Source: a virus (taxonomy: Duplodnaviria > Heunggongvirae > Uroviricota > Caudoviricetes). Taken from it: a stretch of DNA of 30,048 bases. The position numbers and the translations under genes are program-made. The stretch lies in the IMG/VR virus record IMGVR_UViG_2681813263_000016; one strand, written 5' to 3'. Below the pieces are notes generated by a model, which worked only from the letters and a program-made list of their open reading frames with translations, was not told where the DNA came from and did no database searches. Shown here in pieces: positions 1 through 9,750 of this stretch (position 1 is its first letter; each line of letters starts with the position of its first letter).

Positions 1-462
1 CAGCGCATTAACACCACGGATTTTCAGCTCTCCTGTCATCGTGCCGCCTGATTGTTTTATGACTTTCAGTGCATCTGCAAAATCTGTTGCACTCTCTTTG
101 CCGAGAATACCGCGCACAAAAGCACTGAGCGGTGTTAATGCCATTGTGTCTTTGCCGGTAAAATACGGGAATGTATTATTCTGACCGGTTAATCCGGCAA
201 TAGCACCGGCTGAACCACTGTTCGTAATAAACAGCTTTTTCAGCGCCGTCATAATCTGGTTGGTTGTGTTTTTATCCGGTTTGATATTTGCCTGCCGGAG
301 TATTTCCAGTAATTCAGACTGAATAATATTAAACCAGTCCGGCCCCGGATAGGTGGGCGGAATACCGTTCCCGCCTTCGGTGAAATAAAGCGTTGTTTTG
401 CTTAATTCTGCCGCGACAGGTGGCATTACCGGCACACCCGTCGGGTTATCCACATAAAACAT
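1..462 (-). CDS. tail fibre protein, N-terminal 154 codons only; gene continues past the left window edge
   Basis: Seen: ATG at 462-460 preceded by GGAGAA, 3 nt after the stop of the upstream tail gene; my hand translation (MFYVDNPTGVPVMPPVAAELSKTTLYFTEGG...) is stop-free to position 1. Not in the ORF track because it is unbounded. Inference: position matches Mu tail fibre S. Confidence 0.5.
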   Translation of the reverse strand, partial: MFYVDNPTGVPVMPPVAAELSKTTLYFTEGGNGIPPTYPGPDWFNIIQSELLEILRQANIKPDKNTTNQIMTALKKLFITNSGSAGAIAGLTGQNNTFPYFTGKDTMALTPLSAFVRGILGKESATDFADALKVIKQSGGTMTGELKIRGVNAL

Positions 463-465
463 AAA

Positions 466-1050
466 TTATTCTCCGGTGTAATAATATTCATATTCCGTGC
501 CCGCCAGCCGGTAATGCTTCAGCAGGCATTCCAGCTCACGGGTGCGTTCGCTGATTAATGGTGTCATGACGCCATCAATACAGGTAAACCGCCCGGCATC
601 TTTACCCGGGACGTTCACTTTCAGCATCCAGCGATACCGCGCCGGATGCAGCGGATACATGCAGTCGCGCAGACAGTGGTGCGGCAGAACGGCTGCCACC
701 TTAATGGTGAAGCCCAGCGCCGCTGCTGCGGCTTCAGTCTGCCAGGTTGCCAGCCCGCCCCTGCGACGGTATTTCTCCACCACGGCACGGCGGCGGGCTT
801 CCCTGGTGGTGGGGGCAATTCCGCATTCCGGCAGCGCCAGATACTGCTCCCACTCCGGCAGCAGCCGGAGCGTGGTTTCCGGGCGCATCTCCACATGCAG
901 ACGCGAGGCGTCGTATTCAGTGCGGTTTAAACGTTCTGCAAGCGCCCTTAAAAAGCGGTTTAAATCCGCGTCGTTATCACGCGGCCATGCCTTACCCCGT
1001 GGCATGACCTGTTGCAGTGCGGCCAGCCATTCCGTCACGCTGTGAGCCAT
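466..1050 (-). CDS. R: tail protein, Mu gp48 (R) position
   Basis: 194-aa ORF between the baseplate J-like gene and the tail-fibre start; 16-nt overlap with the upstream gene. Assigned by synteny only. Confidence 0.6.
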   Translation of the reverse strand: MAHSVTEWLAALQQVMPRGKAWPRDNDADLNRFLRALAERLNRTEYDASRLHVEMRPETTLRLLPEWEQYLALPECGIAPTTREARRRAVVEKYRRRGGLATWQTEAAAAALGFTIKVAAVLPHHCLRDCMYPLHPARYRWMLKVNVPGKDAGRFTCIDGVMTPLISERTRELECLLKHYRLAGTEYEYYYTGE

Positions 1051-2111
1051 GTCGCCTCCCCGATGGTGATAAGCTCATCCACATCACTGGTGGTGTCCTC
1101 CCCGATGTTAAGGAAGTAATCCGTGATGCCGGACGTCATACCGATGGCCGTGCGCAGCGAGGACACCGGCAGCGTCTGACCGGGTGCCAGTGTCTTCTGT
1201 AACGCGGTCAGGTTTGCCCGGACGGCGCTCCTGTTCGCCAGGCTGTCCGGTGTCAGACGGATGGATATGCTGACTTTCTTCAGCCTGACCTGTACCGGCC
1301 AGACCTCAATGCCGCCCGGTTTGCCCACCATCACGCCCGTGGCCGGGTGTTTGTGGCAGAACAGATACTGCTCCATTGTCTTCAGATCTTCGCGGGTTGG
1401 CACGATGTTTTCCCGGTCATCATAAAGCCATGCCAGCCCGACCGTGCCGGGGCCGTGCCATGCATCCCACGCCCACGCGCGGCTGACGCCCGGCACTTCA
1501 CGCGCCCATATCACGTAGTCATGCAACGCGCCGCCTGTCGGTGGATTGCGGCGCACATACAGCAGACGGTCCAGCAGCGCTGCGATGGATTCAGTGTCTG
1601 CGCCACCGGTGATGCCACCTTCAGCCACCGCGCCTGTGCTGGCCGTTCCGGGCAGCGGGGACAGCAGGGTGAGTACGGCACCGGCAGCAAGATTGCCCGC
1701 CACACCGGCTTCTTCAGCCTGCACGATGACGGTGACCTCGCCGTCCTGCACCTCGCCGGACGTGAGTACCTGATACACCTGGTTCGTGTCGGACTGCATC
1801 CGGGTTTCTGCCGGAAGGGGGGACTGACTGGTGAAGGTCACCCGCCCGCTGGCAAAGGTGGCCTGCTTGCGGATAACCCCTTCATACTTTGCTGTTTTGA
1901 TAATGGTTTCATCATCAGACGTGGTGGACGGGATTATCTGGTCCTTAATCCAGCTCTGATGGTCGTATAAATCCCGGACCTGACTGCTGAATGACACGTT
2001 CAGCGCCTGCTCAACACTGACAGGCGGCAGCTTTTGCAGGCCGAGTTCATACGCAATATCTTTTTCGCCGTCGGCAATCAGTTTGCCCAGCGTGGGGATT
2101 TCATACGGCAT
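1035..2111 (-). CDS. W: baseplate J-like protein (Mu gp47/W-like)
   Basis: 358-aa ORF; size and position directly after the GPW-like wedge gene fit the baseplate J family; overlapping junctions on both sides. Confidence 0.75.
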   Translation of the reverse strand: MPYEIPTLGKLIADGEKDIAYELGLQKLPPVSVEQALNVSFSSQVRDLYDHQSWIKDQIIPSTTSDDETIIKTAKYEGVIRKQATFASGRVTFTSQSPLPAETRMQSDTNQVYQVLTSGEVQDGEVTVIVQAEEAGVAGNLAAGAVLTLLSPLPGTASTGAVAEGGITGGADTESIAALLDRLLYVRRNPPTGGALHDYVIWAREVPGVSRAWAWDAWHGPGTVGLAWLYDDRENIVPTREDLKTMEQYLFCHKHPATGVMVGKPGGIEVWPVQVRLKKVSISIRLTPDSLANRSAVRANLTALQKTLAPGQTLPVSSLRTAIGMTSGITDYFLNIGEDTTSDVDELITIGEATWLTA

Positions 2112-2553
2112 TAATGGTGGCCTCCCATCGACGGGTGATTTCGATTCTGAGTGTGGTTTTGTCCGGGCGGGTTAACACCACCAGAAAGGCAATACGGTCA
2201 GGAATGATGATGCTGGCCGTGACGGTGGCGTTACGGGTGTAACCGGCATGCAGAAGCGGCTGCATGGACAGCCGCGCGTAATCTTCCACGCGCAGGCGGA
2301 CATCTTCCGTCAGCTTTTCACGCTCAAGCAGCCACAGGCGGGAACCCCACGAAAAATCGCTGTACGTGTCGCCCGGCCAGCCGCGCGGGTCGCCGGAGCC
2401 GTCAGGAATGACATCATCGTCATCAGCGCGGGCATCGGTGAAAAGGCAGATAAGAACCTGAGTGACCAGCCCCTCATCCCGTGAGAGGCCGTTATGGGTG
2501 ACGGTGATGTCACCCCGTGAGAGCATGTTATTCCAGCGGATTTCTGTCGTCAT
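2101..2553 (-). CDS. V: baseplate wedge protein, GPW/gp25-like (Mu gp46/V-like)
   Basis: 150-aa ORF between the spike and baseplate-J genes; ATGA start-stop overlap with the upstream gene. Confidence 0.7.
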   Translation of the reverse strand: MTTEIRWNNMLSRGDITVTHNGLSRDEGLVTQVLICLFTDARADDDDVIPDGSGDPRGWPGDTYSDFSWGSRLWLLEREKLTEDVRLRVEDYARLSMQPLLHAGYTRNATVTASIIIPDRIAFLVVLTRPDKTTLRIEITRRWEATINAV

Positions 2554-3086
2554 ACGGGCGGTGATGTCTTCTCATTGTCGCCGTCCTTATGAATGTGTTC
2601 GCTGAATGATTTACCCTTGATTCTGACATCTTCAGTAAATTCACAGGGACCGACGAATTTCATTTGTTTACCGATAATATTCAGCAATTCGTCGGCGGTG
2701 AGATTTACCGTTTTCCCTGAAACGTCTACCTGTTCTCCTGTGATTTCAATGACGCCGTTTTCCTTCAGGGTGATGTGTGATTTGCCGTCCCGGTGATACA
2801 CCCTGACATCGCCGGGGGACAGTCCTTTCGGGCGACATCGCTTGTCTTCCACCGCGATGGCAACCAGCCCGTCACGCCGTCCGCCAACGGCCAGCACAAT
2901 GGCTTCAGAACCTTCCGGCGGAACGGACGTAAACCCGTAGTTCTGGAAGCGTTCCACGTCGTCATCGGTGGCATCTGCCAGCGTCTGAATTTGCAGGTTC
3001 TGCCGTGCCAGACCGTCAGACACCAGGCGGACAACAGCGCGGTCAACCATCAGTCGCAGGCGGCGGGCAATTGCGTTTAATCCCAT
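2550..3086 (-). CDS. Q: baseplate assembly protein V-like / spike (Mu gp45/Q-like)
   Basis: 178-aa ORF downstream of the P-like gene; size and position typical of gpV-type spike proteins. Confidence 0.7.
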   Translation of the reverse strand: MGLNAIARRLRLMVDRAVVRLVSDGLARQNLQIQTLADATDDDVERFQNYGFTSVPPEGSEAIVLAVGGRRDGLVAIAVEDKRCRPKGLSPGDVRVYHRDGKSHITLKENGVIEITGEQVDVSGKTVNLTADELLNIIGKQMKFVGPCEFTEDVRIKGKSFSEHIHKDGDNEKTSPPV

Positions 3087-4147
3087 GTGGCCACCGCCTT
3101 TGTTTTTTTCGTCTTCGCTTTCATTTCCGGCATGTCCAGTGATTCAGGCGGAACCAGCGCCAGAACCGTCATCCTCCCCTGTGCGCCATCCGTCCATGTC
3201 ACCCCGGATATCAGCCAGGTGGTTTTCAGGTTCTGAATGCTGTCGTCGATATCGACAAGGCGGTTGGTCTGCCACAGCGGGCCGCTGTCGCCCTGTTCGC
3301 GCCAGCCTGCCACCGTGATTTCCGTCGTGCGGGACTCTCCCAGCATCCGGGCTTTGTACCATTCCCCGCGAATGCTGGCCCCGCCCACGGTCAGGCTGTC
3401 TTCATTGACCAGAATGCGCGGGCGGTAACGGTTAATTTCCGGGTCTTCGGTGATGTACTGGCGACCGCCCACCATCGGGGCAGGCTGGCTGTCCCACAGT
3501 TTGCCACCGGCACTGGTGGTGCCCTTGATGATGTACTGGCTGTTACGCTCCCGCCAGCTGAAGCGCCCACGGGCGGCGAGGATATTTTTTCCCAGCACCA
3601 GTGACACGCCCGCGCGAACGGAAGAGGCGCGGGTGATAATCAGGTTACCCGCGCCGTCAGACGTCAGCAGAACGCCGCGCTGTTTTGCCAGCCGGTCGAG
3701 CAGTTCAAAGCCCGTTTCACCCTGTTCCAGAACGACAGACGCAAATGCCTCCCCGGTCGGGGTTTCCGTGATGACGGTTATCCCGAACGGGCGGCAGACA
3801 TCAGCCGCCACCTGTTCAAACCGCACGCCTTTCCATTTCCCGGACGAATGCACCACAGAGCAGTCCACCAGGTCGCCGGTTTTATCGCGCCCCATGACGC
3901 GAATCTCCACGTTTTCAGCGTCATAGCCGGGAATAAAATCATCGATATACCCCGTCAGCACGGTATCCGCGCCCAGCCTGACCGTGCAGGGTTGCCCCTC
4001 ACGAATCACGCGCGGTGCCGCCGCTGACCAGCGGGTTGTCACACTGAGTTCAAACTCACCGGCAATCGCCTTCAGGGAACGGCTGACGGACATTTCCGTC
4101 CAGCCTTCCCACAGTTTGCCGTCAACGGTAAGAATCACGGATTCCAT
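3077..4147 (-). CDS. P: tail/baseplate hub protein, late control gene D-like (Mu gp44/P-like)
   Basis: 356-aa ORF directly after the N-like gene with a 1-nt start-stop overlap; order N-P-Q-V-W-R matches Mu. Confidence 0.75.
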   Translation of the reverse strand: MESVILTVDGKLWEGWTEMSVSRSLKAIAGEFELSVTTRWSAAAPRVIREGQPCTVRLGADTVLTGYIDDFIPGYDAENVEIRVMGRDKTGDLVDCSVVHSSGKWKGVRFEQVAADVCRPFGITVITETPTGEAFASVVLEQGETGFELLDRLAKQRGVLLTSDGAGNLIITRASSVRAGVSLVLGKNILAARGRFSWRERNSQYIIKGTTSAGGKLWDSQPAPMVGGRQYITEDPEINRYRPRILVNEDSLTVGGASIRGEWYKARMLGESRTTEITVAGWREQGDSGPLWQTNRLVDIDDSIQNLKTTWLISGVTWTDGAQGRMTVLALVPPESLDMPEMKAKTKKTKAVATWD

Positions 4148-5421
4148 CAGTCGGTGATCTCCACAGGTTGCGTCGGCAGGATGAATGACGGATGACGCAG
4201 GCGGTTACGCTGCACGATTTCATCCCGTCGGCGTGTGTCACCATGCTCGCGCCATGCCAGCAATGCGGCAGAGGTGGTTGTGGTCAGCGTCACCTGCCGG
4301 GTTTCCGGCAGACGGGCGGCACGCTCGCGGGCATCCGTAATCACGGCCTGCCGTAAATCGCGCAGCGTTCGCCACAATGTCCGCTGGTTGTTTTCCACCG
4401 CCGCCACCGCCTGCTCATGCAGTTCAGCCGCCAGCGTGTCACCGGCAGATAACGCCGCATCACGGGTATCGAACGTCATCGAGGCCACGGCACTGGCCTG
4501 TCCCAGCAGGGCTCCCAGCACAACCACCTGGCGGAAGTCGTCAATGTTCTTTTGCAGGCTGTCAGATACCGGCTGATAATCCGGTGACAGCCCGATGGCA
4601 AAGCCGGGGTTGCCGTCTGCCACGCTGCCGGGCTTCACGGTGATATCTTCCGGCAGTGCGCCGGTGGCAATCTGCCTGGCACGTTCTCCGGCCCACTGGT
4701 TGCGTAATGTCGTGTAAACCGCCAGTGCTTCGGGTGGTTCCGTCACAAGGCCCGCAATATCTTCCACCCGTGCTGACAGCTCACTGACCAGACGCCCCGG
4801 TGTGGCAATGAGAGTTCCGGCCATCGCCTTAAAATGCTTCAGCCTGTCCATCCACTGATTCAGTGCTGCCGGTAACGTGGGCAGGTTAGCCACAAGGTTT
4901 TCCATATCGGCCAGAAAACTGTCGGCCATGTCACCCAGCCCGTCGAGTGCGCCGAACCAGTCGCCATCGTCAATGGCGGCTTTCACCGCATCAATGCCTG
5001 TCAGCACTTCCTGCTGCGTGTTATCCGCCGCAGACGGGAACAGGCGCTCGCCTGCCTCAAACACTTCAAAGGTGACATACGCAATGCCGTCTTCCTCCGT
5101 GCTGAGGCGATGGGTGACCTTGCCAACCTGTACGGTCTGTATCCCGAACCACGGGTGGACAAGCTCGCCGGGGCCGGGGGTATTGAGCGCATCTAAAAGG
5201 GCGTTTAAATCATCCCAGAAGTTTTTACCTGGCAGCTTTGCGTTAATCTGCTGTTGCCCCGGAACGGCCCCGTTATCATCCGTCCAGGCGGTTTCACGCC
5301 GGGGATAAGCACGGGGAATGGCACGACGACCACCGGTGCCCTCCGTATCCACCAGAAAGAAGGGGACGCCACGAAACGAGGCGTCGCGCAGCCCGTCCCA
5401 TTTACCGTTGCTCGTTGTCAT
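4147..5421 (-). CDS. N: DNA circularisation protein N-like (Mu gp43)
   Basis: 424-aa ORF immediately downstream of the tape-measure gene; position and size match Mu N. Confidence 0.7.
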   Translation of the reverse strand: MTTSNGKWDGLRDASFRGVPFFLVDTEGTGGRRAIPRAYPRRETAWTDDNGAVPGQQQINAKLPGKNFWDDLNALLDALNTPGPGELVHPWFGIQTVQVGKVTHRLSTEEDGIAYVTFEVFEAGERLFPSAADNTQQEVLTGIDAVKAAIDDGDWFGALDGLGDMADSFLADMENLVANLPTLPAALNQWMDRLKHFKAMAGTLIATPGRLVSELSARVEDIAGLVTEPPEALAVYTTLRNQWAGERARQIATGALPEDITVKPGSVADGNPGFAIGLSPDYQPVSDSLQKNIDDFRQVVVLGALLGQASAVASMTFDTRDAALSAGDTLAAELHEQAVAAVENNQRTLWRTLRDLRQAVITDARERAARLPETRQVTLTTTTSAALLAWREHGDTRRRDEIVQRNRLRHPSFILPTQPVEITD

Positions 5422-7214
5422 TAACCCTGCTCCACGCTGGTGACGCCAGCCTGCGCACTGAGTCTGACGCCGGGTTGATCCACTCTGACGCTTTTCACGC
5501 GGGCATCACCTTCCACCACCACACGGATTTCCCCCTGCAATTGTTGCGGAAGGAAAGGATAATTCTGAGTGGGTTGCATACCAGCCCACGGTCGCGGGTC
5601 GGCAATATTCTTTTTTTCCAGAGAGTTAAACCAGTTCCTGATATCCGTCCATACCGTCGGGCGGTTGTTGTTTTCCTGAACCCGTGCGATTAACGCATCT
5701 GCTTCCTCTTTGTTCTTAGGGAAAGCAGAGAGCACCATGTCAAGGAGATTAAATCCTGATGCAGTTTGTGGTGTAACCAGCGCTGGCGTCTTTGGCCCAC
5801 GTGGGTTGCGGGAGTTACGGGGATTGCGCGATGAATCCGGCGCATCCGGCAGACCGCCGGTATTACCCTTCATCCCGCCACTGCCCATATTGACCACATA
5901 AACCGGCATCACACCGGAGCCGAAAACATCCGTAATGCTGCCGGGTATCCCTTTGCCTTTCCCTTTGGGATTCATGATGTCGTGGATGGTTTTACCGAAC
6001 TGATACGTCTTTCTGATGGCGATAATGCCGCCCAGCGCGATCGCCATATATTTACCGACCTGCAACCAGTTCTGGGCAGTGTTCTGGTCCACGCTGTTGA
6101 GCGCATCCGCCAGGTCCTGAACGGGCTTTGCCAGTTGCCCTTCAGCAAAACGTTGCCATTCGTTATTCAGTGACTGTATTGCGGCATTAAAGCCTTCGGC
6201 ATTGGTCTGTGCGGCCTTTTGCGTGGAACCCAGCTCAATCGTGCCGTAAATCATTTGTTCCATCAGTTGCCGGTTTTCAGGGTTAAGCAGCGCCTTAATC
6301 CCCTGCATTCCGGTCAGATCAAACACATCCTGAAGTTTCAGCGGGTCGTATTTGGCCCGTTTAAGGATTTCCATCATCAGCTCATAGGGCTTTTTGATGT
6401 CTTTTGTGCCTTTGACAAAAACGTCAATGCCGTTTTTTTTCAGGAACTCGATGTTCTTTTTGTCCGACAGGGAAGCATACATGGCCTGAATACTGGTTAC
6501 CGTCTCATCAATGCTGCCTTTGTTTTTGGCGAACACCTGAGCAAATGCCCCCATCTGGGCAATGGCTTCCGGTCCCTGATCCTGAATGATGGAAAACAGT
6601 TTCGGGGCAGCGCGGGCAACATCGGCAACGCTGACAGACCCCACTGCGAACTGTGCATACAACCTGTCCATTGTGTTGCTGACCGCATCAGCGCCCCGGA
6701 CACCTTTTTCCCAGAACTGCGCCATCATCCCGGCTGCAACCTGTCCGTCAACACCGAACGCCTGCATCATCAACCCCATGTTGCGGAGGTTGTCCACCAC
6801 ATACTGATAATCACCGGTTTTCCCCAGAAGTTCGCTGGCCCCCTGACCAAGCGCAGAAGCATCAATACGAATATCTTTCTGGTTCGATACATCCCTGATT
6901 TTGTCGTGAAGCGTCTTTACCTGTTCAGTGGTTAACTGGGCATCCGTACCCATCCGGCGCATCTGCGCATCAAAATCGGCAACCTGTTTGATGGTAAGAC
7001 TACTGCCAAGCCCGGCTATCATTGCCGTGTAGCGGTTACCAAGCGTATCAAGGCCGCGTCCTGCGGCCTCCGTTGTGGCTTTGACCAGGCGCATGGCTTT
7101 CTGGTTATTCCGGGCGAACTGCGACATATTCGCGCCATACTGCCGGGCTTTGGCGGTCAGGTTCCCGGCAAGGTTGATCATGATTTCCGTGCTGAGACGG
7201 CTACCTGTTGCCAT
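5421..7214 (-). CDS. Y: tail tape measure protein (Mu gp42/Y-like)
   Basis: 597-aa ORF, largest tail ORF, Ala/Gly/Gln-rich and predicted helical; sits between the chaperone-like gene and N as in Mu. Confidence 0.8.
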   Translation of the reverse strand: MATGSRLSTEIMINLAGNLTAKARQYGANMSQFARNNQKAMRLVKATTEAAGRGLDTLGNRYTAMIAGLGSSLTIKQVADFDAQMRRMGTDAQLTTEQVKTLHDKIRDVSNQKDIRIDASALGQGASELLGKTGDYQYVVDNLRNMGLMMQAFGVDGQVAAGMMAQFWEKGVRGADAVSNTMDRLYAQFAVGSVSVADVARAAPKLFSIIQDQGPEAIAQMGAFAQVFAKNKGSIDETVTSIQAMYASLSDKKNIEFLKKNGIDVFVKGTKDIKKPYELMMEILKRAKYDPLKLQDVFDLTGMQGIKALLNPENRQLMEQMIYGTIELGSTQKAAQTNAEGFNAAIQSLNNEWQRFAEGQLAKPVQDLADALNSVDQNTAQNWLQVGKYMAIALGGIIAIRKTYQFGKTIHDIMNPKGKGKGIPGSITDVFGSGVMPVYVVNMGSGGMKGNTGGLPDAPDSSRNPRNSRNPRGPKTPALVTPQTASGFNLLDMVLSAFPKNKEEADALIARVQENNNRPTVWTDIRNWFNSLEKKNIADPRPWAGMQPTQNYPFLPQQLQGEIRVVVEGDARVKSVRVDQPGVRLSAQAGVTSVEQG

Positions 7215-7300
7215 ACTGTTTCTCCAGTTGCTTTATCAGGCGGAACAACTGCCGCAGGGGCAGTTGTTCCAGGTACTGAATGCTGAATCGCGAAGACAGG

Positions 7301-7696
7301 TTAACCAGCAGGTTCATCAGTGCCGCCGCCAGCGGCATCAGTTCGCCCCCGCGTTGCCACCTCCTCAAGCATGTCATCCAGCGCAGCAGCTTTCGTGCTG
7401 ATAAGCTCAAGGTCTGCCGGGTGGAGCATTCGCAGCTGTTTCATGTCCAGCGGGCCGGGAATGCTGCCGATGGCCGCAACCTGACGGCGCATCATCTCCA
7501 GCCCCATCAGCACTTCAGAGCAGTAGGCCACCGCCTTTCCGTTCTCGCCCAGTACCACACGTTCTGCGGCCAGTTGTGCATCAATCACGTCGCTGGCGGT
7601 CAGCTCGCGCAGCTTCACGGTTTTATGCAGGGTTTCATCTGCCGTGCCTTTGCCGGTCAGAAGCCCGTGTTTCAGTTCAAATTCCATCGCGGCCAT
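7301..7696 (-). CDS. tail assembly chaperone candidate (Mu gp41 position)
   Basis: 131-aa acidic ORF between the tail tube and tape measure genes, the conserved chaperone position in long-tailed phages. An overlapping ORF in the +1 frame (7201-7410) ends at the tape-measure start. Confidence 0.55.
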   Translation of the reverse strand: MAAMEFELKHGLLTGKGTADETLHKTVKLRELTASDVIDAQLAAERVVLGENGKAVAYCSEVLMGLEMMRRQVAAIGSIPGPLDMKQLRMLHPADLELISTKAAALDDMLEEVATRGRTDAAGGGTDEPAG

Positions 7697-7697
7697 G

Positions 7698-8054
7698 TCA
7701 CACCTTCACGCATTTTTCACCGATAAAGTTCGCACTGATGGTGCCTGAATCCTCGTCCAGCTCCGCCGGGTTATCCGTGGCGGACCCCGTCATCATGTAG
7801 TTCAGGCCGTTGTCGCCGTAGAACATCACCGTGACGTCTTCCCAGCTGCTGATTTCAATCACGTCCATATCCGCTGCTGCCGCAATGGTCACTTTGATGG
7901 ACGGCGAGGCCATCTTGCTGGAGATGCCCCAGACCTTACCGCCGCCCATATGCTGGGTGCGGCTGAAGCCGCCCGGATTCAGCGTGGATTTCCCCTTGGT
8001 TTTAATTTCGCGGCCATTCACGCGAATGGTCGCCATACCAAGAATTTTTGCCAT
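7698..8054 (-). CDS. M: tail tube protein (Mu gp40/M-like)
   Basis: 118-aa ORF 9 nt downstream of the sheath stop; sheath-tube order is conserved in contractile tails. Confidence 0.7.
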   Translation of the reverse strand: MAKILGMATIRVNGREIKTKGKSTLNPGGFSRTQHMGGGKVWGISSKMASPSIKVTIAAAADMDVIEISSWEDVTVMFYGDNGLNYMMTGSATDNPAELDEDSGTISANFIGEKCVKV

Positions 8055-8063
8055 GTGGCCCCC

Positions 8064-9565
8064 TTAAAGCTTGAACTGAATCAGGCCTGCCAGCACACGC
8101 AGCTGGTTCACCAGATTCGGGTGGCAGATAAAGTTCAGGCGGTTTTTATCACTGCTGTCACGTGTCACCTGAAGCGTGTCTTTGTAATCGCTGAAGTTCT
8201 CCACAAGGCCCGCCGGGAGAAGTTCGGTCTGGCAGATATCCAGCAGTTCTGCGGTGCACAGCTTCGGCGTCATCACCGGCTGCCCCGCATCCAGCGAGTC
8301 CAGCACGTCATCATCCGCCAGCTTGTGGCGCGGATAACGGTTCGTGAAACGGTTCTTGATGATGTAACGGATACGGCCCAGCGTGGCGAGTGACTGCACA
8401 TCAAGGTACGACACATCCGCATCACCGTACTGGTTAACCCGGTACATGGTGATTTCGCGCTCAATGCAGACGTTATCCCCGGCGTCCACCATGTGCGTGG
8501 CAATGCCGTCATGCAGCAGCAGGTTACGCTCCGGCATATCCCAGCGAACATTACGCGCAGGCGGCAGAATGCCGGTCAGGACCAGCGTCTGAAGCGGACG
8601 CGCCGGGTCAATGGCAAGGTGATACGCTGCCGTTGCGCCGTATGACGCGGCCCACATCCACGCCGGGTGCGGTGACAGGTTGGTGCCGATACAGCTAATC
8701 AGCCAGTCATTGCGGGTTTCACCAAATGTGCCTGTCTCGCCGTGTGAGCCACGAAACGCCGTCCACAGCTGCGCCTCCATCATTTTGAGCGGCCCCCAGC
8801 GGTTCAGCAGTTCATCACGCAGGGTGTTCAGGCTTTTCGTGTCGGTGAACGGGGCGATGATATCGGTAAACCACTCCGGGCCGATGGCCGCAACGGCATC
8901 CGCCATTTCCGGTGTCCCGGTGCCGCCGGTAAACGCGGTTGCGGTCACCTTCACACCTGCCGGGAAGGCTTCACCGGTGTGGTAGTTCAGGCGAACGTCG
9001 GCACCGTTGCCGGTGACGCCGTGCCAGTTCACGGTCAGCTCCACGGTATCCGTGGCATCATCCTTCACCGCAGCGGCCACCTGCGTGGCAGGCTTTTTCG
9101 TCACCGCATCAGCAATGGCTTTTGCAATGTTTTCCTTCGTAGCCCCGGCGCTCACACTCACCTGAACGGACACACCATTAATCAGCAGTGCCACCGTTCC
9201 GGCTTCAGTCGCTGTACCCAGCACGGTCAGCGTGGCTTTTGCGGCAGCGCCTTCAGGCGCGGCAACCGGCATTGCCCAGGTTTCCGTGTACGTGTTGGCA
9301 CGACGCAGCATTTTGAGCATTTCAGCCAGCATCGACCCTTTGCCATAAAGCTGGTCTGCCTGGCTGTCACTGGTGATGCGGGTCAGTGACAGGGCGTCTG
9401 CGCTGCCGGACGANNNNNNNNNNNNNNNNNNNNNNNNNNNNNNGCATGGCCCATGACCAGAATTTTTCGGCTTTGCGCGGATGCACCCTCCAGCGCCTGT
9501 GAATTGTCGATATCGATCCAGACAAGCGGGACGCGGATATCATCAGGAATTGAACCCAGCGACAT
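8064..9565 (-). CDS. L: tail sheath protein (Mu gp39/L-like), interrupted by a 30-N gap at 9414-9443 with a frame change across it
   Basis: Seen: N-terminal part MSLGSIPDDIRVPLVWIDIDNS... starts at 9565 and runs into the N-run; the 422-aa C-terminal ORF (8064-9332) is open with no stop all the way up to the gap (checked by hand, 9333-9413). Total span ~500 codons, right for a sheath. The two halves are in different frames, which the unknown true gap length can explain. Confidence 0.75.
9414..9443. other. run of 30 N (assembly gap or masked bases) inside the sheath gene
   Basis: Seen directly: 30 consecutive n characters; the flanking ORF translation carries 11 X residues. Confidence 0.99.
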
Positions 9566-9750
9566 TATTTTTTCCCTCTGGTTTTGTTGTTATTTTTCGG
9601 AAGTGTGGTTATTTCCACATCTCCCTCGGCTTCACGGCGCAGCCAGTAAGCGCAGACGTTGAGACGTTCCCCTTCCGGGGATAAATGTGCGCCATCCGGT
9701 TTACGGACACGGACGTTTTCCCGCGCTGGCTTAATCAGTTTCTGTTCCAT
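9565..9750 (-). CDS. small hypothetical protein upstream of sheath
   Basis: 66-aa ORF (9565-9765); start placed at the internal Met (MEQKLIKP...). 1-nt overlap of its stop with the sheath start suggests coupling. Function unknown. Confidence 0.35.
   Translation of the reverse strand: MEQKLIKPARENVRVRKPDGAHLSPEGERLNVCAYWLRREAEGDVEITTLPKNNNKTRGKK

Noticed and set aside
1347-1970. 207-aa plus-strand ORF
   Set aside because: Antisense to the baseplate J-like gene; shadow ORF.
6219-6935. 238-aa plus-strand ORF
   Set aside because: Antisense to the tape measure gene; shadow ORF.
7201-7410. 69-aa minus-strand ORF as an independent gene
   Set aside because: Overlaps the 3' end of the chaperone-position gene in another frame and has no RBS of its own; kept only as a possible frameshift extension.
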